Origin: Candidatus Kaiserbacteria bacterium
GTDB taxonomy: Bacteria; Patescibacteriota; Minisyncoccia; Phycocordibacterales; UBA2100
Length of the DNA: 64,000 nucleotides
Assembly: GCA_016217925.1 (NCBI GenBank)
Contig: JACRFK010000003.1
Span: forward strand, 271,656-335,655
Direction: 5' to 3'
The translations under genes and the position numbers were made by a program. Below the pieces are notes generated by a model that searched no databases, was not told the origin of the DNA, and saw only the letters and a list, made by a program, of their open reading frames with translations. Positions within the stretch are counted from its first letter, which is position 1. Every line of letters begins with the position of its first letter. Shown here one piece after another: positions 50,948 through 61,769 of this stretch.

Positions 50948-51358
50948 TTAGGTATTGTGCCCGTTGTCACCCGTAGTATCAAGTCCGTTACCATTTTTGT
51001 GTTCCGCGACCTTTTTCAAGAATTCAGAGCTCGTATCCCGTTTCTCAAAACGATGCTTGTAGGACACAAGGTCGGCAAGTTGATGTGCATAACTTTCTGC
51101 CGTGCGCGCGAACGCCGCGAATCCAAGAGCAAGCTGATGAATGCCGATGCGGGACAAGCGCAACGCCCACGGCGGGAGCTTGGCGAGGTCCAAGCGGGCA
51201 GCGTCCATAAGTTCTTTGAGCTGTTGCGCGCGCACATCGGCCTTTTGGCGCAATGCAGAAAGCACTACCCGCTCCGAACGGATCTCCCAGTACTTCAGAG
51301 AGAACAAAGCAATAACGCCCAATAAAGAGAGGAGGAACATCAAAGTGGCGAAGGTCAT
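50948..51358 (-). CDS. hypothetical membrane-anchored protein
   Basis: N-terminal TM; SSEFLK tail; co-oriented with tsf. Confidence 0.6.
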   Translation of the reverse strand: MTFATLMFLLSLLGVIALFSLKYWEIRSERVVLSALRQKADVRAQQLKELMDAARLDLAKLPPWALRLSRIGIHQLALGFAAFARTAESYAHQLADLVSYKHRFEKRDTSSEFLKKVAEHKNGNGLDTTGDNGHNT

Positions 51359-51361
51359 ACG

Positions 51362-51943
51362 CTATTTTACGGAGAGTCGCTCGAAGCGCACGACCTCGAT
51401 CTTCTCGCCGAATTTCTGCACCGCTGATTCAATAAGCTGACGGACCGTGATGCTCGGATCTTTCACAAATGGCTGCTCGAGAAGTACGCGGTCGCGCAGA
51501 TAGCTGTCGACCTTACCCTCGATCGCTTTTGCGCGCGCCGCCTCGGGGACCTTGGCCGCTTCTTCCGCGAATACCTCTCGTGCTGCTTTCAGATCAGCCT
51601 CCTTCACGTCATCGCGTGACTTAAATTGTGGACTCATGGCGGCGATGTGCATCGCGATATTGTAGGCAAGCTTGGAAAACTCTTCGTTCTTTGAGACGAA
51701 ATCGGTCTCGCAGGCGAGCACCAGGGCGGCCACGACCGATCCTCCTGCATGAGTATAGGCCGCAGCGATCCCAGCGCCGAGCGCGCGGTCGGACTTCTTC
51801 GAGGCGATGGCGGAACTTACCTTACGCAAGATAACCTTCGCCTTCTCGATGTCGCCGCCGGCTTCTTCAAGCGCTTTCTTGCACTGCATGATAGAAACGC
51901 CGGTCTGGTCGCGGAGCGCTTTAATCTCTTCGGTGCTTGCCAT
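51362..51943 (-). CDS. tsf: elongation factor Ts (short form)
   Basis: LRDQTG..IMQCKKAL, CETDFV, LLEQPFVKD. Confidence 0.95.
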   Translation of the reverse strand: MASTEEIKALRDQTGVSIMQCKKALEEAGGDIEKAKVILRKVSSAIASKKSDRALGAGIAAAYTHAGGSVVAALVLACETDFVSKNEEFSKLAYNIAMHIAAMSPQFKSRDDVKEADLKAAREVFAEEAAKVPEAARAKAIEGKVDSYLRDRVLLEQPFVKDPSITVRQLIESAVQKFGEKIEVVRFERLSVK

Positions 51944-51989
51944 ATGAAAAACTTCTTCGTGATTATACCGTATAAACTCCGCCGAAGAG

Positions 51990-52727
51990 TTATTTCCCTT
52001 CGGTCGTCTTCCCGCTGACAGCGTTCTTGGCCGCCGCCGTCGCAGCCGCCGACTTCCCCTCCATACAGGCATCGCCTATTGCATTCGTTACGAGCGCTAT
52101 CGAGCGCACGGATGTATCATTCCCCGGAATCGGATACTGCACGAGCGAGAAATCACAATCAGAGCTGGAGAGTCCTATGACGGGGATCTTGAGCTGATTT
52201 GCCTCGAGAACTGCGGTGTTCTCGTGGCGCGTATCCACAATGAAAAGCGCCGCGGGAAGATCGGTCATTTTGACGAGACCACCGAAGCGGCCGAGTAGCT
52301 CGGTTATCTCGCGGTCTATCATAAGGCGCTCGCGCTTCGTGTACTTCTCGAGGGCACCACTCGCACGCTCGCTCATGAGCTGTTCGAGGCGGTCAATGCG
52401 TTTGCGAATGTTCTTGAAATTGGTGAGTGTGCCTCCGATCCAGCGGCCCGCGACATAGGGAGCTCCTACCCGCTCGGCGGCATCTTTCACGATGCCTGTT
52501 GCTTCATGCTTACCGCCGACGAAAAGGACCTGGCGTCCGCTTGCCGCGACAGATGTGGCAAACGCGATAGCCGCATCGAGGCGCAGGGTCGTCACCTCAA
52601 GATCAAATATGTCGGTCCGGTCTTTCGTCCCGAAAAGGTACGCCGCCGCGGTGGGATGCCGGCGGGCGCGGACATAGCCGAAATGCGCACCTGCGTCAAA
52701 AAGGGTCTTGATATCGGTCGTAGACAT
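51990..52727 (-). CDS. rpsB: 30S ribosomal protein S2
   Basis: AGAHFG, RWIGGTLTNF, IPGND. Confidence 0.96.
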   Translation of the reverse strand: MSTTDIKTLFDAGAHFGYVRARRHPTAAAYLFGTKDRTDIFDLEVTTLRLDAAIAFATSVAASGRQVLFVGGKHEATGIVKDAAERVGAPYVAGRWIGGTLTNFKNIRKRIDRLEQLMSERASGALEKYTKRERLMIDREITELLGRFGGLVKMTDLPAALFIVDTRHENTAVLEANQLKIPVIGLSSSDCDFSLVQYPIPGNDTSVRSIALVTNAIGDACMEGKSAAATAAAKNAVSGKTTEGK

Positions 52728-52774
52728 GTGCGGAAGATACTAACAAAGTTAGGCCTCTGTCGCAACCTCCCACG

Positions 52775-53779
52775 TTAGCCTTTTACGATACCCAAATGAC
52801 GTAACCATTTTTCGGTGTATCTGTCCGGATCCAAAAGCTTGTATTTTGCATCGAACCGGGCAAGGTCCCGCACTGGTGTCGTTCTACCCATCTTGGAGTA
52901 TTCAGCCAGAAAATCTTTGCCGAACGTCTCCTCAAACAACTCGGCTGTTTCTTCATGGAATAACTCAGGCTTCTCGAAGTAACCCCGCTTGAAACTCTTC
53001 CAAACCTCTTCCGCGGGTACACCGGTATATTCGGCAATAGAATCGCACATTGAACCGACTTGGTTGCTGTAGAGGAAATAACTCCAATAACTCTTCGATT
53101 GTTCCCGCGTGAATGTACCGAGCTTGCAATCTGCCTCTCCCGACTTGCCGGCTCTTCGGTGGTATTCCAAAAATATCTCTTCCGCGATTCGTTGGGTAAC
53201 GCCTTCGTTGAAAGCTTCGAACGACGAGGATATCAACCTTGTAGATTCGTGTTCACCGTACGTGTAGTTTGCCATCCGATATCCGGAGTCCTGATGCAGT
53301 CTACTTTGAGGTGCATTGACATCAGTGGAATAAATTCTCTCGCGCGAGAAAACATGGCATGCCTCATGAATAAAGAATAGCTGCATTTTCATCAACAACT
53401 CTTGGGGAATTGTCCGTTGCTCAGTTTTGTGAAGTTTTGCTTCCAAAAAATGCTTATCGCTCGTCGAGAAAGACATAACGTTCTCGAATGACTGATACTC
53501 GGCAATGTTACTCTCCATCGGATAAACAAATATCCTATCAAGGACTGCTTCGTTTGAATTTTCTAGCGGAACCCCTGACTTCAGTAAGTGCTCTCGAAAA
53601 ATCGCCTTGAGCACCTTCATGTCCAAGGAGCCAAGAATTTCTTTTGCAAGTTCAACGTTTTCTGGGTGGAAATCAGCCTGGCCGCTTTCGTATCCTTCGT
53701 AATAAGCGATGTTTTCATCGCGCATTTGGCGAGTTCGTGGAGTCAGCTTCGCATCGTATCCACCAATCTTCTCATCCAT
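52775..53779 (-). CDS. hypothetical protein with HExxH...NEG zinc-peptidase-like motif
   Basis: IHEACH and FNEGVT; AT-richer than flanks. Confidence 0.55.
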   Translation of the reverse strand: MDEKIGGYDAKLTPRTRQMRDENIAYYEGYESGQADFHPENVELAKEILGSLDMKVLKAIFREHLLKSGVPLENSNEAVLDRIFVYPMESNIAEYQSFENVMSFSTSDKHFLEAKLHKTEQRTIPQELLMKMQLFFIHEACHVFSRERIYSTDVNAPQSRLHQDSGYRMANYTYGEHESTRLISSSFEAFNEGVTQRIAEEIFLEYHRRAGKSGEADCKLGTFTREQSKSYWSYFLYSNQVGSMCDSIAEYTGVPAEEVWKSFKRGYFEKPELFHEETAELFEETFGKDFLAEYSKMGRTTPVRDLARFDAKYKLLDPDRYTEKWLRHLGIVKG

Positions 53780-53791
53780 ATGACCATTCTA

Positions 53792-54760
53792 TCAAGCTTC
53801 TGCAGCTTCGGCCTTCTTGAGAGCCTCGAGTATGGGCTCGATGGCGCCGCCCATTATTTTTGGCACGTTGGACCATGATTCCTTGATGCGGTGGTCAGTT
53901 ACGCGGTCCTGGGGAAAATTGTACGTGCGTATTTTTTCGGAGCGGTCACCCGTGCCCACTTGTGCTTTGCGGTCGGCGGCGCGCTCACGCTCGGCGGCCT
54001 CATCTTGCATTTGCTGGAGCCTGCTGATGAGCAGCGTCATCGCCTTCTCTTTGTTCTGCGCCTGCGAGCGCTCGGATGTGCACTTCACATCGAGGCCGGT
54101 CGGCTTGTGTACGATGCGCACCGCCGTTTCCACCTTGTTCACATTCTGACCGCCCGCGCCGCCCGAGCGGCTGGTCTCAATCTCGAGGTCAGACGGGTTT
54201 ATTTCTATTTTCGTGCGTTTGTATATAGGGAGTATTGCGACGGACGCGGTCGAGGTGTGCGTGCGGCCAGCTTTTTCGGTCATGGGTACGCGCTGTACGC
54301 GATGCACTCCGGTCTCATATCGAAGTTTGCGGTAACAATCGGTGCCCTTTATTTCGAATTGCGCTTCTTTGTACCCACCGAGTGAGCTTCTCGATTCGTC
54401 GAGTGCTTTGGATTTCCAGCCTTGTGTCTCGGCGTATTTGAGATACATGGCCGCGAGCTCTTCGGCAAAAAGCGCGGCCTCATCCCCCCCGACGCCCGCA
54501 CGTACTTCAACGACGATCTCATTGGGCCATTCGCGTTCGTTGTCACCCCCGACGATGGACTCAATCTGTTTCATCAGCACGTCTTTTTGACTCTCGATGT
54601 CGTGCAACTCTTTTTCGGCCAACTCTTTCATCGCAGGATCGACTTCGATGAGCTCGATCGCATCTTTCTCCGCCTGCGAGAGGCGATTCCACTCGGCAAC
54701 AAGGTAGGCCACACGGTGGTCGTTCGCGTACTCTTCGAGATGTATTGTGTGCTCTGCCAT
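53792..54760 (-). CDS. prfA: peptide chain release factor 1
   Basis: [11 protein letters not shown] (PxT), GGQ, IRTYN. Confidence 0.93.
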   Translation of the reverse strand: MAEHTIHLEEYANDHRVAYLVAEWNRLSQAEKDAIELIEVDPAMKELAEKELHDIESQKDVLMKQIESIVGGDNEREWPNEIVVEVRAGVGGDEAALFAEELAAMYLKYAETQGWKSKALDESRSSLGGYKEAQFEIKGTDCYRKLRYETGVHRVQRVPMTEKAGRTHTSTASVAILPIYKRTKIEINPSDLEIETSRSGGAGGQNVNKVETAVRIVHKPTGLDVKCTSERSQAQNKEKAMTLLISRLQQMQDEAAERERAADRKAQVGTGDRSEKIRTYNFPQDRVTDHRIKESWSNVPKIMGGAIEPILEALKKAEAAEA

Positions 54761-54813
54761 AGCGTAAGTATAGCGCCGAGCCGTGCATGGCACGGCTCGG
54801 CGCAACAATGTCG

Positions 54814-55095
54814 TTACTTTTTGGAGGTCTTCGGCTTCGAGGTAATCTTCGTGGATGCGGCGCGCTTCTTGAACTTGTCTACACGTCCCGCAGTATCAAT
54901 GGTTTTGGCCGTGCCTGTATAAAAAGGGTGCGACGCACTCGAAATTTCCACCTGAAAGATAGGGTATTCTTTGCCGTCGTCCCACTTGTCCTTTTTCGTT
55001 GTCTCTATCGTTGAACCAATAAGATACCGCTTCCCCGAAGTGGAGTCTTCGAAGATGACCTGTCGGTATGTATCCGGATGAATGTCTTTTTTCAT
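54814..55095 (-). CDS. rpmE: 50S ribosomal protein L31 (type B-like)
   Basis: MKKDIHP...[10 protein letters not shown]...GRVDKF. Confidence 0.95.
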   Translation of the reverse strand: MKKDIHPDTYRQVIFEDSTSGKRYLIGSTIETTKKDKWDDGKEYPIFQVEISSASHPFYTGTAKTIDTAGRVDKFKKRAASTKITSKPKTSKK

Positions 55096-55142
55096 GACTG
55101 GCAGAGAATACACGAAAAATCGAAAAAAGACAATGCTTGGCG

Positions 55143-56480
55143 TCACTGGTTCAAAATATCTATCTCGGCCTGTATCTTATCCACCAGCTCCATGACGCTG
55201 TCCCCGTAGAACGCGTTGGCGCGGCTATTCCAATTGCTACCTGCAAAATACTTCAACGCCGCACGACGTTCCGCCGTGCGTGTGCCTTCGGCGGCACCGT
55301 TGTCTTTCATGAGAAGTCCGGTCGCTAAGATGGCCGTTTGTGCATTCCATGGATCCGGGAAGTCGACACCGGTCTGCGAAGAGAGCCGCGCCTTATAGAG
55401 CATCCAGGTAGAAGGGATGAATTGCGAAGGGCCCATTGCGCCGCCATATCCGATCGACTGCGGACACGATACCTGCGTTGTCGTCCAGTCCAAGCCAAGC
55501 GCTTGCGTAATGGTAACGAACGGCTCTGTATCTCGCGGCGCTTTCATGACCTTCGCGAACGCTTTGCCCGTGTTTTTCCCCACACCGCTGCCCGTCGCGA
55601 GATCGCGCACATAGCACGAACCGGTATTTTCCCCCAAGTTGGATTCTTGTGTAAGAATCGCAAGAATGAGTGCGGGGCGTACGCCTGTGTTGCTCGATGC
55701 CTTTTTTGCGTAGTCGTAGGCGGTGCCAAAGGGGATGGCTCCGCTGTCCCTCAGACCGAAGAGTGCGGCCCGTATGGCGGCGGCCTGCTTTTTCTTGTTG
55801 GCGATTATCTGTTGATATGTTTTCTCTTGACCCTTGGTCGCCGAGAGGATGGCTTGCTTCTCTTTTTCGTCTTTCAGCACTGCCTGCTTCGCAAGCACTT
55901 GTACCTGTCGCACCTTTTGTGCCTCGTCTTCTTTATCTTCGAGTGCCGCCTTGTGGCCTGAAAGTTCTTCGCGCAAAGCAGCCATCTCGATAAAAGATTC
56001 GCCGAGCGATTTTTGAATGGATTGGAAATCGTCTATATCCTGGAAAAATTGCTCCAGGCTCTCGCCGAGCGCGAGTTGTGTGAGTGACACGTCGTCTATC
56101 TCGCGCGTGCGCCGCAGAAGTTGGGCGAGCGACGCTTCGCTTCGCGCTACTTTGGCATCCACCTGAACAATGGATTGCTGCTTCTCGATGATATTCCCTT
56201 TGAGCTGCGTGAGTGTGGTATCGCTCTTCTTGATCTGGAGCTGGGCGATGCGTATTTTGTTGTCGAGTATTTTGATGTCGCGTTCAAGCGTCGTACGCTC
56301 TGCCTGCAGGGTACTCAGAGTCCCCTGATTGTTGGCAATATCTTTCTCTATCTGGTCGAGCTGAGCCTGGAGCGCGGCGCGCTGCTCCAGAGACGTCTGG
56401 GCATAGGTGTACACGGGCAGCACAAAGCAGCCCGTCAATAACAGGGAAACTACAAAAAAAGCGGCGCCTGGGGTGCGCAT
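55143..56480 (-). CDS. secreted coiled-coil protein with lytic murein transglycosylase domain
   Basis: signal/TM, long coiled coil, [19 protein letters not shown]. Confidence 0.8.
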   Translation of the reverse strand: MRTPGAAFFVVSLLLTGCFVLPVYTYAQTSLEQRAALQAQLDQIEKDIANNQGTLSTLQAERTTLERDIKILDNKIRIAQLQIKKSDTTLTQLKGNIIEKQQSIVQVDAKVARSEASLAQLLRRTREIDDVSLTQLALGESLEQFFQDIDDFQSIQKSLGESFIEMAALREELSGHKAALEDKEDEAQKVRQVQVLAKQAVLKDEKEKQAILSATKGQEKTYQQIIANKKKQAAAIRAALFGLRDSGAIPFGTAYDYAKKASSNTGVRPALILAILTQESNLGENTGSCYVRDLATGSGVGKNTGKAFAKVMKAPRDTEPFVTITQALGLDWTTTQVSCPQSIGYGGAMGPSQFIPSTWMLYKARLSSQTGVDFPDPWNAQTAILATGLLMKDNGAAEGTRTAERRAALKYFAGSNWNSRANAFYGDSVMELVDKIQAEIDILNQ

Positions 56481-56508
56481 ATACCCAATACTAGCATTTT
56501 CCACGGGT

Positions 56509-57186
56509 CTACTTCTCCGGTTTTTCCCCTTTTCCGCCGGAGGCGGACCCGCCTTCGGCGGGTGCAGCTCCGCCCTCTCCCTCTGCAGGAGCTTTTTCGG
56601 TCGTAATGATGGTCTCCGGCGCCGGCGTGATCTCTTCCTTCTCTTCTTTGAACTCCGTGACGGACGCGACGATCTCTTCGCCGTGTGTGATGAGCGAGGC
56701 GCTTCCCGGCAGAGCAATCTGGGCGGCCGTTATGTGGTCGCCGACGTTCTCGAGCTTCACGAGGTCCACGGAAAGATGGTGCGGTAATTCTGCCGGCGCG
56801 ACCTCTATTTCAATCTCGTGGAGTGCTTTCACGACGATGTGGCCCGCCTTTTCCGCGGGAGCGACTCCCTCGAATTCAAGTGGTACTTTTATCTTGATCT
56901 TCTTTCCTTTCTCGAGCACATAAAAATCCGCATGCAGAAGCGCACCGGTAACGGGGTTGAACTGGGCATCGTGAATGAGCGTGTCCTTGTCTTCACCCAG
57001 CCCTTTTAGCGTGACGATGGTCGTTTCCCCCGCCTCGCGCCAGACGTGGGCAAGCTTGCGCGCATCCACCGAGATCGGCGTCGCCGCTTCTTTGGGACCG
57101 TAGAAAACGGCCGGTACGGCACCGAGCTTACGCAGCGTATCTGCGGATTCATTCTCCACTCGCGGTTTGACTTCAAGCGCTAACAT
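56509..57186 (-). CDS. rplY: 50S ribosomal protein L25/Ctc
   Basis: LRK.G.VPAVFYG, HADFY. Confidence 0.92.
   Translation of the reverse strand: MLALEVKPRVENESADTLRKLGAVPAVFYGPKEAATPISVDARKLAHVWREAGETTIVTLKGLGEDKDTLIHDAQFNPVTGALLHADFYVLEKGKKIKIKVPLEFEGVAPAEKAGHIVVKALHEIEIEVAPAELPHHLSVDLVKLENVGDHITAAQIALPGSASLITHGEEIVASVTEFKEEKEEITPAPETIITTEKAPAEGEGGAAPAEGGSASGGKGEKPEK
56533..56562 (-). repeat. family A element in-frame in rplY ([10 protein letters not shown])
   Basis: cccgccgaaggcgggtccgcctccggcgga. Confidence 0.88.
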
Positions 57187-57234
57187 GGGCAGCAGTATAC
57201 GGATTTACGCTGAATTTGCAAATAATTCCTATGC

Positions 57235-57293
57235 TACAATTAAGCGTCGCGTTTCAAAGGACGTGACGCGACATGATTTCGCAAAATCACATG
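57235..57293 (+). promoter_or_regulatory. -10 box plus conserved structured 5' leader (second copy)
   Basis: TACAAT-5nt-gtcgcgt/acgcgac stem-atgatttcgcaaaatcacATG. Confidence 0.7.
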
Positions 57294-58274
57294 CAATACG
57301 ACTTCGTCGCAATCGGCGACATTACGACCGACGCTTTTATCAAGCTCAAAGACGCTGAGGAGTTGATGAATCACGGCACGCGCGAGCTTTGCGTGCGTTT
57401 CGCTGACAAGGTTCCGTACGAAGAAGTCATCGAAGTCCGCGCGGTAGGCAACGCCGCAAATGCGGCAGTGTCCGCGGCCCGCATAGGCCTCAAATCCGCC
57501 CTTATAGCGCGCGTGGGAGACGATGAAAACGGCAGAAATTGCCGCGAGACCTTGAAGGGCAACGGCGTCGCCGACGAGTACGTCGAAACGCAGGCGGGAT
57601 TGCCGACCAACTACCACTACGTGCTTTGGTTCGGCGCCGAGCGCACGATACTCGTCAAGCAGACCAAATTTACCTATTCGATGCCGAACTTCGATACTCC
57701 TCCGAAATACATCTATCTCACCTCGCTCGGCGAGAGCGCGAAGGATTTTCATCACGAGGTCGCTGCCTACGTCGCTGCACATCCCGAAACCAAACTCGCC
57801 TTCCAGCCCGGCACATTCCAAATAAAGCTCGGCGCCGGAGAATTGAAGGACGTCTACGCCGTTACCGAGATATTTTTCTGCAACAAAGAAGAGGCGCAGA
57901 TTATTCTCAAAACGAAAGAGGGGGATGTGAAAAAATTAATGGAGGGCATCCGCGCGCTCGGGCCTAAGGTAGTCGTTGTGACCGACGGCCCCAACGGCTC
58001 GAATATCATCGACGAAAATGGCGCATGGCATGTGCCCATGTATCCAGACCCTGCTCCCCCGGTCTCGCGCACCGGCGCGGGCGATGCGACCGCATCAACG
58101 ACCGTATCCTTCATTCATTTGGGATTGACGGTAGGCGAGGCTCTCTTGCGGGGCATGATAAACGCCGCATCCGTCGTCCAGGGAGTGGGTGCCCAGACCA
58201 AGCTCCTCACCCGCGCAGAAATTGAAGATTGGTACGCGAAAAAACCCGCCGACTTCAAAGCGACCGCGCTATGA
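57291..58274 (+). CDS. PfkB family carbohydrate kinase (alternative start 57273)
   Basis: GNAANAA...ARIG, VGDD..G, N..EA, TGAGD. Confidence 0.9.
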   Translation: MQYDFVAIGDITTDAFIKLKDAEELMNHGTRELCVRFADKVPYEEVIEVRAVGNAANAAVSAARIGLKSALIARVGDDENGRNCRETLKGNGVADEYVETQAGLPTNYHYVLWFGAERTILVKQTKFTYSMPNFDTPPKYIYLTSLGESAKDFHHEVAAYVAAHPETKLAFQPGTFQIKLGAGELKDVYAVTEIFFCNKEEAQIILKTKEGDVKKLMEGIRALGPKVVVVTDGPNGSNIIDENGAWHVPMYPDPAPPVSRTGAGDATASTTVSFIHLGLTVGEALLRGMINAASVVQGVGAQTKLLTRAEIEDWYAKKPADFKATAL

Positions 58275-58336
58275 GTCATACCCTTAGGGGGATTGACTTT
58301 CCATAGAAAAATGATACAGTTTCCACGCCCTTAACG

Positions 58337-58540
58337 GTGATGGAGGCCGATATGCGCAAGCTCTTCGTCGTTCTCGCCTGGATTTTGTTTTTTCTAGGCG
58401 CGGCTGCAATGATTGGTCCACAAGTGTTTGGTGCGGAGCTTTTCGCATACCAGACGCTTATCGGACTTTTAGCGGTCATCGTGGCCGTCATAATTGGTGC
58501 GTCTTCCGAGGGTCATGGCGTTAGACGCAGAGTTCGATAG
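58337..58540 (+). CDS. small two-TM hypothetical protein
   Basis: hydrophobic ORF; GGAGG before the internal ATG. Confidence 0.4.
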   Translation: MMEADMRKLFVVLAWILFFLGAAAMIGPQVFGAELFAYQTLIGLLAVIVAVIIGASSEGHGVRRRVR

Positions 58541-58595
58541 TTACAGACTGACATCTCAACGATGTCATTCGAGAGCCCGGCGCTTGCGCCGGGCT

Positions 58596-59585
58596 TCAGT
58601 TTTTTCTTGAAATTACTTTCTTCACCGCAGCGACGATATGCGAAGTGCCCATCCCGTAGTGTTCCACCAACTCCGTCGGCTCGCCGCTCTGGCCGAATTT
58701 GTCGTGCACGCCGATGAATTCTACCGGGAGCGGGCATTCTTGCGCGAGAAGCTCGGCTATGGCACTGCCAAAACCGCCCGCTATTTGGTGCTCTTCGACA
58801 GTGACAACGGCGCCAGCGGCACGTGCCTCCCGAAGAATGGTTTCTCTATCGAGTGGCTTTACCGTATGCACATTGGTGACGGTGACGGAAATATTTTCTC
58901 CTTCAAGTTGTCGTGCGGCAAGGAGCGCCTGGTAGACGAGGTGGCCTGTCGCAAAAATGGCAACTGCCGGCTTGTCAGACTTCCACAGGACATTCGCCTT
59001 CCCTATTTCGAAAGGCGTCTCCGCGGTCGTCATGACGGGTGTCTTGTCGCGCCCCCACCGCATATAAACGGGGCTGCCGAGCTTGGCCGCAGCTATCGTC
59101 GCCTTGCGGCCCTCTTCCGAGTCGCACGCGGATATCACGGTGAAATGTGGAATGGCCCGCATGAGCGCCATGTCTTCGAGCGCTTGGTGCGTCGCCCCGT
59201 CGGGACCGACCGAAACGCCCGCGTGCATGCCACAGACTATCGCGGGGACGTTGTTGATGCCGATAGTCGTGCGTATCTGCTCCCAATTTCTCCCTGGTGA
59301 GAAGGTCGCGTAAGAAGTGAAAAAAGGAATTTTTCCGTAGAGCGCCATGCCCGCGGCGACGGTCGCCATGTTCTGCTCGGCGACGCCGCACTGCACGAAG
59401 CGGTCCGGAAACGCTTTCTGAAAATGATGCGCTTGTGTGGACTCAGCCAAGTCAGCCGTGAGGACGACGACGCGCTCATCCGCCGTGCCCGCCTCGACAA
59501 CACCCTTGCCAAATCCCTCGCGCGTGCTAGCCAAAGCAGGCTTGTCGAAAATATTCGCTGCAAGTTTTGCGTCGGGGCTTATCAT
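58596..59585 (-). CDS. transketolase, C-terminal subunit
   Basis: GVAEQNM, GPDGATHQ, EEH...GGFGS. Confidence 0.93.
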   Translation of the reverse strand: MISPDAKLAANIFDKPALASTREGFGKGVVEAGTADERVVVLTADLAESTQAHHFQKAFPDRFVQCGVAEQNMATVAAGMALYGKIPFFTSYATFSPGRNWEQIRTTIGINNVPAIVCGMHAGVSVGPDGATHQALEDMALMRAIPHFTVISACDSEEGRKATIAAAKLGSPVYMRWGRDKTPVMTTAETPFEIGKANVLWKSDKPAVAIFATGHLVYQALLAARQLEGENISVTVTNVHTVKPLDRETILREARAAGAVVTVEEHQIAGGFGSAIAELLAQECPLPVEFIGVHDKFGQSGEPTELVEHYGMGTSHIVAAVKKVISRKN

Positions 59586-60010
59586 AATTGGATCAGATTG
59601 AGGCCGATGTCGTCATCGTACACGCGAGTGAGAGGCTGTGAGACGAGCCAGAGGATCATCTCGAGTGTAACCGCCACACGCGCACTCTTCACGTGCCCGC
59701 CGATGGTCTCGAGCGTGTCATCACAACGCGACAAGACCGCATGCGCGTGCACGAGCACTCCCTCGTTGTCCACCTCGGCAAGATTTCCTTTGAGCGAAGC
59801 AACCTCGAAGACACCCTTTTCCTTACGGAAGAAGTACTGCTTGGCATCGCGATCGTAATAACCGATCTGCACATCCTCGACAGCTCCGATAGCTTCAAAC
59901 GCGCCCCAGTGCACCCCTTCCTGCTCACCAAAACGGGTCAGTGTGGAAATTACTTCTTCCCCTTTATCGAAGACGATGAAAAACCCATTATGTATTTGGA
60001 CCGATTTCAT
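59582..60010 (-). CDS. PPC/DUF296 domain protein
   Basis: GEEV, AIGA, EVASLKGN, HAH, GGH. Confidence 0.85.
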   Translation of the reverse strand: MKSVQIHNGFFIVFDKGEEVISTLTRFGEQEGVHWGAFEAIGAVEDVQIGYYDRDAKQYFFRKEKGVFEVASLKGNLAEVDNEGVLVHAHAVLSRCDDTLETIGGHVKSARVAVTLEMILWLVSQPLTRVYDDDIGLNLIQL

Positions 60011-60011
60011 A

Positions 60012-60929
60012 TTATTGACGTTGATTTGTCGCCCGGAGTTCATTCAAAAATACCTCCGCCTGCTTATCTGCCGGGATTTTGTCGGTCGGACCTTTTCCAG
60101 GCGGGTTGCCGTGCCAACGATAGTCACCCTCTATCTCTCGGATACCCTTGCCGGGAATCGTGTGTGCCAAGATGAGCGTCGGTTTCTCACGAATTGCTTT
60201 CGCTTCGTCGCATGCCGCGATGAATTGCGGGATGTTGTGGCCATCCACCTCGATGACATGCCAATTGAATGCCTCGTATTTATCGCGCAAGGGCTCCAGC
60301 GGCATGATGTTTTCCGTGTCGCCGTCTATTTGGATGTTGTTGCGGTCCATGATGCCGACGAGATTTGCGAGCCGGTACTTGCCCGCGAACAGTATCGCCT
60401 CCCACGTATTTCCCTCCTCGTGTTCGCCGTCGGACATGACGCAATACACACGAAAGTCTCCCGAACGTTTGCCGCCTGCCCCGTTAGAGGCCGAAGGCTC
60501 TCTAATGAGGTCCATGCGCGCGGCGTAGGCGTAGCCGGATGACTGTGAAAGCCCTGAGCCAAGCGGCCCCGATGTCGTCTCCATGCCGGGCAACATATCG
60601 CGCTCGGGGTGTCCCTGGAGCCGCGAGCCGAATTTGCGCAGCGTCAGGCATTCCTCTACAGGAAAATATCCCGCGTGCGCCATCGCCGCGTAGCGCACGG
60701 GGACGATGTGGCCGTTCGAAAGGATGAGGCGATCACGCTCCGCCCAATCGGGATTTTTCGGGTCATGCTTCAAGACGTTAAAATAGAGCGCGGTAAAAAT
60801 ATCCGCCATGCCCAAGGGCCCCGCGGTGTGCCCCGAACCCGCAGCGGTGAGCATTTCGACTATCGTCTGTCGTATCGCGTTGGCTTTTGTCGAAAGCTCT
60901 CGTACTTCTTCGTCCGTCAGCGGCACCAT
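60012..60929 (-). CDS. transketolase, N-terminal subunit
   Basis: SGH, LSNGH, LQGHP, SDGE..EG..WEA. Confidence 0.93.
   Translation of the reverse strand: MVPLTDEEVRELSTKANAIRQTIVEMLTAAGSGHTAGPLGMADIFTALYFNVLKHDPKNPDWAERDRLILSNGHIVPVRYAAMAHAGYFPVEECLTLRKFGSRLQGHPERDMLPGMETTSGPLGSGLSQSSGYAYAARMDLIREPSASNGAGGKRSGDFRVYCVMSDGEHEEGNTWEAILFAGKYRLANLVGIMDRNNIQIDGDTENIMPLEPLRDKYEAFNWHVIEVDGHNIPQFIAACDEAKAIREKPTLILAHTIPGKGIREIEGDYRWHGNPPGKGPTDKIPADKQAEVFLNELRATNQRQ
60479..60510. repeat. family B short hairpin in-frame in transketolase N (LIREPSASNG)
   Basis: ccccgttagaggccgaaggctctctaatgagg. Confidence 0.8.
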
Positions 60930-60933
60930 TGCC

Positions 60934-61638
60934 CTATTCTAGCGCACTTTCTGCGAGGGATTTGAGCTGTTCGTAGGCAACTTTCGGATTTTCCGCCTTG
61001 GTAATGGCGGAACCGACTCCGAACCTACGGGCTCCGGCACGCGTGAGTTCCGCGATATTTTTCATCGAGACTCCGCCGTCCACGCTGATGGTGAGCGTGG
61101 GATACTTTGAATGTAATTCTCCAATGCGTGCAATCGCCCGTATATCGTACGGGGCGCCCTGTTTGCCGAGTGTTGCGATAGACATCACCTGCACGACGTC
61201 GCACGCGGGTATCATGGGTTCGAGGACCGGGAGCGGCGTATCGAGAAGGATGGCAAGCCCGACCTCTCGTGCCCCCGCACTGCGCCACGCGCCGAGCGCT
61301 TCGAGTATTTCTTTTTCATCCGCAAAGGCCTCGACGTGTCCGATGATGCGCTGTATTCCGGCCTGCGCGAGCCGTAAACCCAGCTCGCCCGGTTCTTCCA
61401 CCATCATGTGCGTTTCGTAATTGATATCCCGGACAAACGGAGGTTGGAGCGAACCGTCGGCAAGGCTCTCCAGCTCGGCCCACTGCCCTTCACCGTACGG
61501 CCACGAGCGCTCCTGCGTGAAAAGTCCGTCGCTAATATCAAGCTGCACCCACTCTGAAAAATCTGCGAAAAATGCTGAACGCCGAGAAAGCTCCGCCAAA
61601 TCAGGCGGACAGGTGTTCGTGGGGACGATCTCTATCAC
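60934..61638 (-). CDS. rpe: ribulose-phosphate 3-epimerase (GTG start inferred)
   Basis: QLDISDG.F, HMMV, VMS, VDGG, VGSAI. Confidence 0.88.
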   Translation of the reverse strand: MIEIVPTNTCPPDLAELSRRSAFFADFSEWVQLDISDGLFTQERSWPYGEGQWAELESLADGSLQPPFVRDINYETHMMVEEPGELGLRLAQAGIQRIIGHVEAFADEKEILEALGAWRSAGAREVGLAILLDTPLPVLEPMIPACDVVQVMSIATLGKQGAPYDIRAIARIGELHSKYPTLTISVDGGVSMKNIAELTRAGARRFGVGSAITKAENPKVAYEQLKSLAESALE

Positions 61639-61754
61639 CCCGTTAGAGGCAGGTCGCGGTCGTTTAGACATACCGGTTATGGGATGTAACTTCTAATGTC
61701 GCAAAATTCGCGATAAAGCGCAGCATGCTCACGCGACCGCGGCCTCTAACGGGG
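61638..61754. mobile_element. family B MITE-like element (117 bp) with 4-bp TGAT duplication at the rpe start
   Basis: 13-bp terminal inverted repeats ccccgttagaggc/gcctctaacgggg. Confidence 0.75.
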
Positions 61755-61769
61755 ATCATGGAAAACCGC

